Shown piece after piece: positions 37,873 through 47,480 of a stretch of 64,000 nt of DNA. The stretch lies in NCBI GenBank assembly GCA_045585895.1, contig JAZMZI010000084.1:33196-97195 (forward strand), written 5' to 3'. Position 1 is the stretch's first letter. Each line of letters opens with the position of its first letter. A program made the translations under genes and the position numbers. The notes under the pieces are model-generated. The model worked only from the letters and a program-made list of their open reading frames with translations. It was not told the origin of the DNA and did not search any database. Origin of the DNA: Eubacteriales bacterium (lineage in GTDB: Bacteria; Bacillota; Clostridia; Oscillospirales; CAG-272).

Positions 37873-39513
37873 ATGAAATCGGTTAAAATATACATTATTG
37901 CCATTATTTGCTTATTGGTTCTCGTTGGATGCTCTGACGGAAAAAACGATCATTCCGATGAAACAACCGTTGATACTCCTTTCGTTTTTGAGTTGCTTGA
38001 CGACGGAACGTACGGCGTTAAGATAGGTAATTTAGTCGGAGAAAGTCTCACGATACCCGAATCCTACGAAGGACGCCCCGTTTCAACTATTCTTCCCAAC
38101 GGATTTTATAACGTCAAGGGCATCAAACAGCTTACAATTCCCTCGGGGATTTCGGTAATCGGAGATTCTGCATTTTTAAACTGTACAGATCTTGAAAGCG
38201 TTAATATTGCAAGCTCCGTAACTACGATAGACAACTTTGCTTTCAAGAATTGCAATAAGCTCAACGTTATTTCAATTTCCGATGGCAGCGCTCTTTCTTA
38301 TATCGGAGACGAGGCCTTCTACGCTTGCGCTTCTCTTAAAGAAATTACCATCCCTGCCACCACGGAATCTATCGGCAACTATGCGTTTTACGATTGCACT
38401 GCACTCGAAGCAGTAAACGTACCCTCCGACGGCGAATTAAAGCATATCGGCTGGTATGCCTTTGCCAATTCAAAGATCAAGACCTTTAACGTTCCCGATT
38501 CAATGGAGGTCATTGGCGACGCGGCGTTTATTGATTGCTCGTCTCTCGAAGGGATCAGCGGCGGAGCGGGCATCGTTGACATTGGCTCGTCTGCATTTAA
38601 AAACTGCGGAAACCTCAAATCATTTGAGTTTTCTTCAACGATAAAGAACGTTGGCAGTTCCGCTTTCTTCTCTTGCTCCTCTATTGAAAACGTTACACTC
38701 CCCGACGGCGCTCTTTCCATTGGAGATTCAGCCTTTAAGAACTGCTCCAAACTTAAAAAGGTTTCTGTCCCGAACAGCATTACTGCCGTCGGTCACGAAG
38801 CGTTCACGAATTGTCCCAAGCTTGTTTTTTATATATACGATAACGCGAGGTATCTCGGTAATAGCGATAACGCATATGCCGCACTGATACGCACCAAGGA
38901 TTCTACCCTTACTTCTTACAAAATAAATGAATCCACGAGATGTATAGCTGATTTTGCATTTGCAAACTGTACTTCTTTAACGTCCGTCGATCTCCCCGAG
39001 AAGCTCACTCATATCGGTGACAGCGCATTTTATAATTGCACGGCACTTAAGACCGTTAACGTAAACGATGCACTTTTGGGCATTGGTGTAAACGCATTCA
39101 AGAATTGCAAAAAGCTCACATCCTTCACCTTGCCCGAAGGTGTTACAGAAATCAAATACGGAGCATTTTATTACTGTAGCGCGCTGACGGAGTTTACCGT
39201 CGGAGACAACGTTCGATCGATCGACGATTACGCATTTTACAACTGTATCAAGCTTAAAGAGCTTACCATCGGAAACGGAGTCAAATCAATAGGCGGCTAC
39301 TCATTCTACAATTGTAAGGTTATGGAAACTATTAATCTCGGTTCAGGCATAAACGAGATCGGAGGCAGCGCTTTCTATAGCTGCTCAAAGCTTGCCACCA
39401 TAAATTATGCGGGCAACGAAACCGCTTGGAAGGCTGTGAATATATCGGCGGTAGGCAACACGGTAATTACCGACTCAGGCTCCAAGGTAAAAGTAAATTA
39501 TCTTGCTCAGTAA
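37873..39513 (+). CDS. BspA-type leucine-rich-repeat surface lipoprotein
   Basis: Lipobox LVGC at residue 20; many ~23-aa IGxxAFxxCxxLxxVxIP repeats. Confidence 0.9.
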   Translation: MKSVKIYIIAIICLLVLVGCSDGKNDHSDETTVDTPFVFELLDDGTYGVKIGNLVGESLTIPESYEGRPVSTILPNGFYNVKGIKQLTIPSGISVIGDSAFLNCTDLESVNIASSVTTIDNFAFKNCNKLNVISISDGSALSYIGDEAFYACASLKEITIPATTESIGNYAFYDCTALEAVNVPSDGELKHIGWYAFANSKIKTFNVPDSMEVIGDAAFIDCSSLEGISGGAGIVDIGSSAFKNCGNLKSFEFSSTIKNVGSSAFFSCSSIENVTLPDGALSIGDSAFKNCSKLKKVSVPNSITAVGHEAFTNCPKLVFYIYDNARYLGNSDNAYAALIRTKDSTLTSYKINESTRCIADFAFANCTSLTSVDLPEKLTHIGDSAFYNCTALKTVNVNDALLGIGVNAFKNCKKLTSFTLPEGVTEIKYGAFYYCSALTEFTVGDNVRSIDDYAFYNCIKLKELTIGNGVKSIGGYSFYNCKVMETINLGSGINEIGGSAFYSCSKLATINYAGNETAWKAVNISAVGNTVITDSGSKVKVNYLAQ

Positions 39514-39524
39514 GCTCATCAGCA

Positions 39525-39567
39525 AATAAAAATCCCTTGAGAACGTAATTCTCAAGGGATTTTTATT
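39525..39567. terminator. Bidirectional terminator
   Basis: AATAAAAATCCCTTGAGAA/TTCTCAAGGGATTTTTATT inverted repeat. Confidence 0.88.
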
Positions 39568-41392
39568 AGTCTTCAAACTGACTGTTCCAAAGATCGCTGT
39601 AAAATCCGCCGTTTTGCAATAACGTATCGTGGTCGCCCTTTTCCACAATTCGTCCGTTATTCATCACTAAAATAACGTCGGCTTCTTTGATAGTGGACAG
39701 TCTGTGCGCAACGACAAAGGAGGTTCTTCCCTTCATCATTTTTGCAAATGCGTCTTGGATCTTAAGCTCGGTTCGGGTATCGATAGATGAAGTTGCTTCA
39801 TCAAGGATAAGCATAGGGGGCAGGCAAAGCATAACTCTCGCTATGCACAAAAGCTGTTTTTGTCCCTGTGAAAGCTCTCCTCCGTCCTCACCGATCACGG
39901 TGTCATAGCCCTTTGGCAACTGACGGATAAAACTGTGCGCGTGGGCGCTCTTTGCCGCCGCTTTTATTTCATCAAGAGTAGCGTCGGGTTTGCCTATCGC
40001 AATATTCTCGCGAACGGTACCCTTTTTGATCCAAGTATCCTGAAGCACCATTCCGAAGGAGCGGCGCAAGGACGAACGGGTTATATCTCGGCTTTCGTGA
40101 CCGCTGATCTCGATCTTTCCGATATCCACATCGTAGAAACGCATAAGAAGATTGATAACCGTGGTCTTTCCACATCCCGTAGGTCCGACTAATGCAACTC
40201 TCTGCCCCTTTTCTACGGATAGGTTGAAGTCTTTAATAAGCTCCTTGTCGGAAGAGTAAGAAAACTCAACGTTCTTTATAATAACACTGCCGTCTACCTT
40301 TTCCGTTTCGAGAACAAGAGCATCGTGTGCATCCGGAGTCTGTGTTTCCGCGTCGATAAGCTCAAACACTCTCGCCGCGCAGGCAAGCGCGTTCTGAAGC
40401 TCGGTTATAACGCCCGATATCTCGTTAAAGGGCTTGGTGTACTGATTAGCATAGTTGAGAAGGCTTGTAAGACTGCCTACGGTGAGAGTTATGCCAGTTA
40501 TCGGGTCAGACTGCTCCGAAATACAAACGAGCGCTCCTACGAAGGCTACGCCTGCGTATACGAGGTTGTTTACGAATCTGGTGCAGGGATTGGTGAGCGA
40601 CGAATAGAACACCGCCTTTTGCGAGCATTTGGCAAGACGCTCGTTGATCTCGTCGAATTCTCTGAGCGCTTCATCCTCGTGGGTAAACGCCGCAACCACC
40701 TTGTGCTCACCTATCATTTCGTCGATAAGCGCTGTCTGCTCTGCTTTCGTCTCGGACTGCTTTTTAAAGAGGTCATGGGTGTTCTTTGCGATAAACGCCG
40801 CAACGAAAAGCGAAAGCGGCGTGACTACGATCACTACCACCGCAATGCTGACGTTGATCGAAAGCATTATTGCAAGAGTTCCGACTATGGTAAGCACACC
40901 CGTGAAAAGCTGTGAAAATCCAACCAAAAGTCCGTCCGAAAACTGATCTGCATCGGAAATTACGCGGCTGACGGTATCTCCGACGGGATGCGAGTCGATA
41001 TAGGACAGAGGAAGCGACTGGATCTTGTTGAAAGCGTCGCGGCGAAGTCTTCGAACTATTCCGAAAGTAATTCGGTTATTGCATACGTTCATCACCCACT
41101 GCGAAAATGCTACGACGGCGGTAACCGTGGCGATCTGTAAGAGAATTGGCATAATTCCCTCAAAATCAACGTTGTTTTTACCAATAGCAAGGTCGATAGC
41201 GTCACCGACGAGTATCGGAATATAGAGCGTACCCGCGACGGTGATGAGAGCCAATATAAGTGAAATAACAAAAAGGAATTTATAAGCTTTAAGATAACCT
41301 AAAACCTTTTTTATCGTATTTAAGTAGGTGGTTCCTATCGGCATTTTTGACTTTTTATTTGACTTTTGAGTTTGTTTCTTAAAAAATGCCAT
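39566..41392 (-). CDS. ABC exporter, fused permease/ATPase (heterodimer subunit B)
   Basis: 6 TM + GPTGCGKTT, LSQGQKQL, LDEATSSID. Confidence 0.92.
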   Translation of the reverse strand: MAFFKKQTQKSNKKSKMPIGTTYLNTIKKVLGYLKAYKFLFVISLILALITVAGTLYIPILVGDAIDLAIGKNNVDFEGIMPILLQIATVTAVVAFSQWVMNVCNNRITFGIVRRLRRDAFNKIQSLPLSYIDSHPVGDTVSRVISDADQFSDGLLVGFSQLFTGVLTIVGTLAIMLSINVSIAVVVIVVTPLSLFVAAFIAKNTHDLFKKQSETKAEQTALIDEMIGEHKVVAAFTHEDEALREFDEINERLAKCSQKAVFYSSLTNPCTRFVNNLVYAGVAFVGALVCISEQSDPITGITLTVGSLTSLLNYANQYTKPFNEISGVITELQNALACAARVFELIDAETQTPDAHDALVLETEKVDGSVIIKNVEFSYSSDKELIKDFNLSVEKGQRVALVGPTGCGKTTVINLLMRFYDVDIGKIEISGHESRDITRSSLRRSFGMVLQDTWIKKGTVRENIAIGKPDATLDEIKAAAKSAHAHSFIRQLPKGYDTVIGEDGGELSQGQKQLLCIARVMLCLPPMLILDEATSSIDTRTELKIQDAFAKMMKGRTSFVVAHRLSTIKEADVILVMNNGRIVEKGDHDTLLQNGGFYSDLWNSQFED

Positions 41393-43125
41393 TACTGCTC
41401 ACCTCCCTTGAACTGAGATTCGTATATTTCCTTATATACGGAACAGTTTTCGAGCAATTCGTCGTGCTTACCGATACCGACAACCGCACCGTCGTCAAGA
41501 ACGATTATCTTATCTGCGTGGGATATCGACGAGGTTCTTTGGGAAATAATAAATACCGTCGTACTTTCATCAAGTGCCTTTAAAGAGTGACGCAATCTTG
41601 CCTCGGTAGCAAAATCCAAAGCTGACGCGCTGTCGTCGAGGATAAGGATCGGCGCATTCTTCACAAGGGCGCGCGCGATGGTAAGTCTCTGCCTTTGACC
41701 GCCCGAAAGATTCTTGCCGAGCTGTTCCACGGGGGAGTCTATTCCCCCTTCCTTTTCTTTTACAAAATCTGCCGCTTGGGCAATTTCAAGCGCCCTTGAA
41801 AGCTCACTGTCTGTGGCATTCTCGTTGCCCCACAAGAGATTGGAGCGGATCGTTCCTTTAAACAGCACAGCTCTTTGAGGCACGACCGATACTTTTTCAC
41901 GGAGAGCTTCAAGATCGTATTCCTTGACGTTTCTGCCAAGAACTCTGACCTCACCCTCGGTGGCGTCGTAAAATCTCGGTATCATATTTATAAGCGAGGT
42001 CTTGCCCGAGCCCGTACCGCCGATAATTCCGACGGTCTCGCCCCGTTTTACCACAAAATCGATCTTTTCGAGAGTTGCTTCGCCCTCTCCGCTGTAATTG
42101 AGAGTCACATTCTTAAATTCAACCGCGGGAGCGTCTTCGTCAATCGTGTCTTTCGCGGCTTTGACAGTCTCCATTCCCACGGGAGTATCAAGCACCGACT
42201 GTATTCTCTTGGCACAGGCGATCGACTTCGTCATAAGTACGATCGTATTCGCAAGCTTAACGAGCTCGACGAGTATCTGAGTCATATAGTTATAGAGCGC
42301 AAAAAGGTCTCCCTGTGTCATACTTCCCGACTCTATTTCAAATGCGGACATATATACAACGGCAATAATACCAACGTTTACTATAACGTAAGTCAGAGGA
42401 TTCATAAGAGCCGTAAGCATACCCGCCCTTCTCTGACCCTTCGTGTGGTCGAGATTGGCAGCGTTAAACTCATCTATCTCACTTTGTTCTTTATTGAAAG
42501 CGCGGATAACTCTGACGCCTCCGAGATTTTCTCTCGTTTTGCCGGTTACCTTGTCAAGCTTGCCCTGAACCTTTCTGAAAAGCGGCGCACCCGCAAGAAT
42601 AACGCTGAAAACGACAGCCGCAAGCGCGGGAATAACAAGCGCAAACAAAGGGGCTACGGTATTGTTCTTGTCAATAACGAAAGCCATTATCATCGCTCCG
42701 AAAACGATGATCGGTGAGCGCAAAAAGAGTCTCAAGAACATATTAACGCCCGACTGGACTTGATTTATATCGCTGGTCATTCGCGTTATCATCGAGGATT
42801 TACCAAGCTTATCTGCGTTTCTGTAAGAAAGCCTTTGCAAATGAGCAAAAAGCGTGTGGCGAAGTCCCGTACTCGTTCCGACTGCCGCCTTTGCCGCAAA
42901 ATACTGCGCAATAAGCGAGCAGGTAAGTCCAATTATTCCGAGAGCCACGAGTACGAGGCATCCGTGGATAACGTACACCGTATCTCGATTCTTAATGCCC
43001 ACGTCCATTATCATTTTGACAACTACGGGCACAAACAGGTCGAAACACGCCTCAAGAAGCTTGAAAAGCGGCGCCATAACACACTCAAGCTTATATTTTT
43101 TAAGGTAATTCAAAACCGTTTTCAT
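41392..43125 (-). CDS. ABC exporter, fused permease/ATPase (heterodimer subunit A, degenerate site)
   Basis: 6 TM + GGTGSGKTS, LSGGQRQR, LDDSASALD, ISQR; TAATG coupling to partner. Confidence 0.92.
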   Translation of the reverse strand: MKTVLNYLKKYKLECVMAPLFKLLEACFDLFVPVVVKMIMDVGIKNRDTVYVIHGCLVLVALGIIGLTCSLIAQYFAAKAAVGTSTGLRHTLFAHLQRLSYRNADKLGKSSMITRMTSDINQVQSGVNMFLRLFLRSPIIVFGAMIMAFVIDKNNTVAPLFALVIPALAAVVFSVILAGAPLFRKVQGKLDKVTGKTRENLGGVRVIRAFNKEQSEIDEFNAANLDHTKGQRRAGMLTALMNPLTYVIVNVGIIAVVYMSAFEIESGSMTQGDLFALYNYMTQILVELVKLANTIVLMTKSIACAKRIQSVLDTPVGMETVKAAKDTIDEDAPAVEFKNVTLNYSGEGEATLEKIDFVVKRGETVGIIGGTGSGKTSLINMIPRFYDATEGEVRVLGRNVKEYDLEALREKVSVVPQRAVLFKGTIRSNLLWGNENATDSELSRALEIAQAADFVKEKEGGIDSPVEQLGKNLSGGQRQRLTIARALVKNAPILILDDSASALDFATEARLRHSLKALDESTTVFIISQRTSSISHADKIIVLDDGAVVGIGKHDELLENCSVYKEIYESQFKGGEQ

Positions 43126-43155
43126 TTTTACACCTCAAATCATTACATCTTTTTT

Positions 43156-43184
43156 ATTATATCACCTTTCCGCTAATTTTTCAA
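43156..43184 (-). promoter_or_regulatory. sigmaA promoter of the ABC exporter pair
   Basis: TTGAAA-17-TATAAT with extended TG. Confidence 0.7.
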
Positions 43185-43334
43185 GGCTTTTCACCAAAAG
43201 GCGGTAAAAAAAGAGTCGTATTCAGAAACGGCGTAAAATTCATAAAAAAATCACATTAACCACAGATATTTCTTTTTTTGCTTAACAATCAGTTTACAAA
43301 ATGATGATAAAATCTTAAACGGTAAAATATTTTT

Positions 43335-46300
43335 ATGGAGGATAGATCCTTGCTTAAGCTAACTAATATTACAAAGGACTACGTTACGGGTCCTTCGGTC
43401 GTTCACGCGCTCAAGGGTATTGATCTTGAGTTCCGCAAGAGCGAATTCGTGGCGATACTCGGCCCCTCGGGTTGCGGTAAGACCACGCTTCTCAACATCA
43501 TCGGAGGACTTGACAGATACACGAGCGGCGACCTCGTTATTAATGGAAAGTCAACAAAAACCTTTAAGGACCGCGATTGGGATACTTACAGAAACCACTC
43601 TATCGGCTTCGTGTTTCAGAGCTACAATCTGATTCCCCACCAGACCGTTCTCGCAAACGTCGAACTTGCTCTGACTCTTTCGGGCGTTTCCAAGGTTGAG
43701 AGAAGACAGCGAGCCACGGAGGCACTGACAAAGGTCGGTCTCGGAGATCAGCTTCACAAAAAGCCTTCCCAGATGTCGGGCGGTCAGATGCAGAGAGTCG
43801 CTATCGCAAGAGCGCTCGTCAACGACCCCGATATTCTTCTTGCCGACGAGCCTACGGGCGCCCTTGATACCACCACCAGCGTGCAGATAATGGAGATACT
43901 CAAGGAGATCTCCAAGGATAAGCTCATAATTATGGTAACTCACAACCCTGAGCTTGCAGAAACCTACGCGACGAGAATTATTAAAGCGATCGACGGTCTT
44001 ATTACCGACGATTCCGATCCTTACACCGCAAGCGAGGAAGAGGTTGCGGCTGCCGTTGCCGAAAGAAAAGAAAACGAGGCAAGAAAGAGCAAAAACAAGA
44101 AGAAGACCTCTATGTCCTTCTTCACCGCGCTTTCCCTCTCGCTCAATAACCTTGCCACAAAAAAAGGTCGTACCGCAATGACAAGCTTTGCGGGAAGCAT
44201 CGGTATTATCGGTATAGCGCTGATTCTCGCGCTTTCCAGCGGTATCAATCTGTTTATCGAGCAGATCCAGGAGGATACTCTCTCTACCTATCCTGTTTCC
44301 ATTCAGAAAGAATCTCAGGATATGTCGGCTATGCTGTCTGCTATGACTACCGTATCCGACACGCAGGACTATAAGGATACAGGAAAGATCTACGTTGATA
44401 ACTCGATGGGAAATATGCTCTCCGCTATGAGCTCGACCGTTCAAAACGATCTTGAATCCTTTAAGGTATATCTTGACGCGAATTACTCTGATATAGAGGA
44501 TTACGTCAGCGACGTTCAGTATACCTACGGCTACGATTTCCAGATATACAATCTGATGGAAGTCGTTGACGAGGACGGAAACAAAACGATTGAAGCAAGA
44601 AAGGTCGGAATGGAGACTATTTTCGACAATGCGGGCGAAGCGTTTTCAGGCATGAGCGAGCTTATGGAAATGGGCGGAAGCTCGGTTCAGATAGACGTTT
44701 TCTCCGAAATGATCGACAATCAAGAGCTTCTCGATCAGCAGTACGAGCTTGTTGACGGTAAATGGCCCGAGGAAGCCAACGAGGTCGTTCTCGTCGTTAA
44801 CGGCAATAACCAGATAAGCCGCATGACCCTTTATATGCTCGGTATTCTCGATCCCGATAACATTCAGGACGAAATGGCTGACGTAATGGGCGGTCAGTTC
44901 GGCAGCAGTACCCCTTCCGAAAACGGTGAAACCGAGGAAAAGTATAACGAAGGTCCCTACGATTACGATTACTTCACGGGTATGTCCTTCGTAATGATGA
45001 CGAACTCCGATTTCTATGAAAAAGACGGCGGTAAGTATTACGCTACCGACGAAAACGGCGATTTTATTCTCGATGCCGACGGAAATAAGATCTCTTACGA
45101 TACTTGGAAGGACGTCAGAGAGTACGGCATCGGTTTGGTAAACGATGAGAATATTGATACCTTTGAGGATTATGTTTCCGCAAAAGGAACGAAGGTAACG
45201 ATCTCGGGTATCATCCGTCCCAAGGCAGGTGCTACCGCAACCTCAATTTCGGGCGCTATCGGTTATACAAACAAGCTTACGAAGCTTATGCTTGACGAGA
45301 CCGCAAGCAGTGAGATCGTAAATCAGCAGAAGGAGACCCCCAACAACAACGTTACAACGGGTATTGCCTTCCAGCGCACTCACTATACCCCCGAGAATAT
45401 TCACGAGCTTGTTGCAAAGATCCCGTCCTCAACCATGAACAGCTTTTATCCCGTTCTCACCAAGATGATCAAGAATACTCCCGAGTATCTTGATATGCTC
45501 AATATAACGAGTGTTAAGAAGTTTATCGGAATATACGCCCTTCTTCCCGCAGAAAAGCAGACTGCCATATTTACGACTCTTCTTGATTCGGCGGCAAGCG
45601 ATCCCGAAAACGCGCAAGCCTTGAGAACAGTGTTCACTATGATAGCTGCTACCACTGATGGGAAGCTCTCCGCAGAGGATATAGATGCAAATAACCTTGT
45701 TTTCCTCCTTCCCTCTCTCGACGCTACCGCTCCGCTTCTTGCTCTTAACGGTATCTCCGGACTTACTGAAATTGCGGGAGACGAGGGTATGAAGGAGGTA
45801 TGCGAGACATTCAAGGCGGAAACAAACATCGATATAGATCACACTAAATTCATTGAAGGATTTAATACTCAAAGTTCCGCTGACAAGATCAAATTGATGG
45901 GACTCGTTATAGACAAGGCTATTGCCAAGGATAAAGCTTCCGTTGAAACGCTTTGCACCGCTATGTCGGCGTCTGGCGGCACCCCGGTTACCGCAGATAC
46001 TCTTAAGGATACTCTTACAAATATCGATCTTACCAATCGCGAAGATATGATGAAGCTCTTTATGTATTCCTATTATCTTAACGGTATCGACGGTCTCGTT
46101 GATCTCGCAAGCGACGAAGTAGTGGCGAAGGTTTACGAGGATACCTACGATATTATGATCAACCTTACGGTCAACGAGGACATTTTCCTTGCTATCCTTT
46201 CCAACCTCAAGGCTACCGACGCCGCCTTCATCACTCTTGAAGAGACCCTTTACCAGTATGCTCCCGATATAGACGAGACCTACGACAGTATTCTTAAGAA

Positions 46301-46946
46301 GCTTGACAATCAAGAAGAAAAATCTCCCGCATCCGTCAACTTCTACGCAAAGGATTTCGAGTCCAAGGAAAAGATCGAAGAGTTTATCAAGGACTATAAC
46401 GACATGGTAAACGAGGAGTATATTGAAGAATACAAGGCTGCTCACAACGGTCAAGCACCTGAGGATAAGTCACCGAAGGAGCTTCAGTACAGCGACCTCG
46501 TCGGCGCACTTATGTCCTCGGTCACTACCATCATTAACGTGATTTCTTACGTTCTTATCGCGTTCGTCGGTATTTCTCTCGTGGTTTCTTCAATAATGAT
46601 CGGTATCATCACCAACATTTCGGTACTTGAGAGAACCAAGGAGATCGGTATTCTCCGCGCGGTCGGAGCATCCAAGAAGGACGTTTCCAGAGTATTCAAC
46701 GCGGAAACGGTTATTATCGGATTCTGCGCAGGTATGCTTGGCGTTCTCGTCACAGCGCTTTTGTGTATTCCTACGAGCCTGATCCTCCGCTACGTTACGG
46801 ACTTTGATAATATCACGGCTTACGTTCCCTTCTGGGCAGGCGTGATCCTCGTAGTCATCAGCGTGCTTTTGACTATGATCGCAGGTATCATCCCCGCAAG
46901 AAGCGCGGCTAAGAAGGATCCCGTTATAGCTCTCAGAAGCGAATAA
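43335..46946 (+). CDS. MacB-like fused ABC ATPase/FtsX permease with very large extracellular domain
   Basis: GPSGCGKTT, MSGGQMQR, ADEPTGALD, SVLERTKEIGILRAVGA, DPVIALRSE. Confidence 0.92.
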   Translation: MEDRSLLKLTNITKDYVTGPSVVHALKGIDLEFRKSEFVAILGPSGCGKTTLLNIIGGLDRYTSGDLVINGKSTKTFKDRDWDTYRNHSIGFVFQSYNLIPHQTVLANVELALTLSGVSKVERRQRATEALTKVGLGDQLHKKPSQMSGGQMQRVAIARALVNDPDILLADEPTGALDTTTSVQIMEILKEISKDKLIIMVTHNPELAETYATRIIKAIDGLITDDSDPYTASEEEVAAAVAERKENEARKSKNKKKTSMSFFTALSLSLNNLATKKGRTAMTSFAGSIGIIGIALILALSSGINLFIEQIQEDTLSTYPVSIQKESQDMSAMLSAMTTVSDTQDYKDTGKIYVDNSMGNMLSAMSSTVQNDLESFKVYLDANYSDIEDYVSDVQYTYGYDFQIYNLMEVVDEDGNKTIEARKVGMETIFDNAGEAFSGMSELMEMGGSSVQIDVFSEMIDNQELLDQQYELVDGKWPEEANEVVLVVNGNNQISRMTLYMLGILDPDNIQDEMADVMGGQFGSSTPSENGETEEKYNEGPYDYDYFTGMSFVMMTNSDFYEKDGGKYYATDENGDFILDADGNKISYDTWKDVREYGIGLVNDENIDTFEDYVSAKGTKVTISGIIRPKAGATATSISGAIGYTNKLTKLMLDETASSEIVNQQKETPNNNVTTGIAFQRTHYTPENIHELVAKIPSSTMNSFYPVLTKMIKNTPEYLDMLNITSVKKFIGIYALLPAEKQTAIFTTLLDSAASDPENAQALRTVFTMIAATTDGKLSAEDIDANNLVFLLPSLDATAPLLALNGISGLTEIAGDEGMKEVCETFKAETNIDIDHTKFIEGFNTQSSADKIKLMGLVIDKAIAKDKASVETLCTAMSASGGTPVTADTLKDTLTNIDLTNREDMMKLFMYSYYLNGIDGLVDLASDEVVAKVYEDTYDIMINLTVNEDIFLAILSNLKATDAAFITLEETLYQYAPDIDETYDSILKKLDNQEEKSPASVNFYAKDFESKEKIEEFIKDYNDMVNEEYIEEYKAAHNGQAPEDKSPKELQYSDLVGALMSSVTTIINVISYVLIAFVGISLVVSSIMIGIITNISVLERTKEIGILRAVGASKKDVSRVFNAETVIIGFCAGMLGVLVTALLCIPTSLILRYVTDFDNITAYVPFWAGVILVVISVLLTMIAGIIPARSAAKKDPVIALRSE

Positions 46947-46963
46947 CAATTTTAATTAAACAG

Positions 46964-47000
46964 AAATATCCCCCGACGGAAAAAACAACCGTCGGGGGAT
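46964..47000. terminator. Terminator between convergent ABC and rubredoxin genes
   Basis: ATCCCCCGACGG/CCGTCGGGGGAT inverted repeat. Confidence 0.75.
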
Positions 47001-47026
47001 CAACTATTTATAGTAATATGTAAAAT

Positions 47027-47206
47027 TTAATCGTCAAGATCGCTGTCATCGGCAATCTCAAAATCTTCCTTGGATGCGCCGCAAAGGGGGCAAGTCCAAT
47101 CGGCGGGAAGCTCCTCAAAATCGGTTCCTGCCTCAATACCGTTTTCTTCATCTCCTACTGCGGGACGGTAAACGTATCCGCAAAGCTCGCACACGTAATT
47201 TTTCAT
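47027..47206 (-). CDS. Rubredoxin (59 aa, missed by ORF track)
   Basis: [59 protein letters not shown]; AAGGAG RBS. Confidence 0.96.
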   Translation of the reverse strand: MKNYVCELCGYVYRPAVGDEENGIEAGTDFEELPADWTCPLCGASKEDFEIADDSDLDD

Positions 47207-47412
47207 ACTTTTTCTCCTTAAAAATTAAATTATGATTTCTAAAAACAACTATTATATAATATAACAAACGCCAATAATTGTCAATATCGCATATATAACA
47301 ATTTTTTTGCGTCGGTTCGCGGAATAATATGTAAAAATTAAATAATTTTAAGCCGTCGCTAATCTTTACGCGGTCAATATCATTTATATGCATCCTTTAG
47401 GTGACTTGCAAC

Positions 47413-47441
47413 GAATAAAACGGCGTTTTTTTTCATATTCT
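47413..47441 (+). promoter_or_regulatory. sigmaE-like sporulation promoter
   Basis: GAATA-16-CATATTCT upstream of spoVB-like gene. Confidence 0.55.
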
Positions 47442-47480
47442 TTACAGACAAGCAAAACAACCTTGGAGGTACTGGGGAAT

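Noticed and set aside
37873-39513. Periodic sequence as a CRISPR or DNA repeat array
   Set aside because: Periodicity is protein-level LRR repeats with diverged codons.
41392-43125. Degenerate Walker B/H-loop (DD, SQR) as a novel dead ABC
   Set aside because: Normal for heterodimeric exporters with one degenerate site.
47148-47393. 81-aa - strand ORF
   Set aside because: Out-of-frame overlap with the rubredoxin gene and its promoter.
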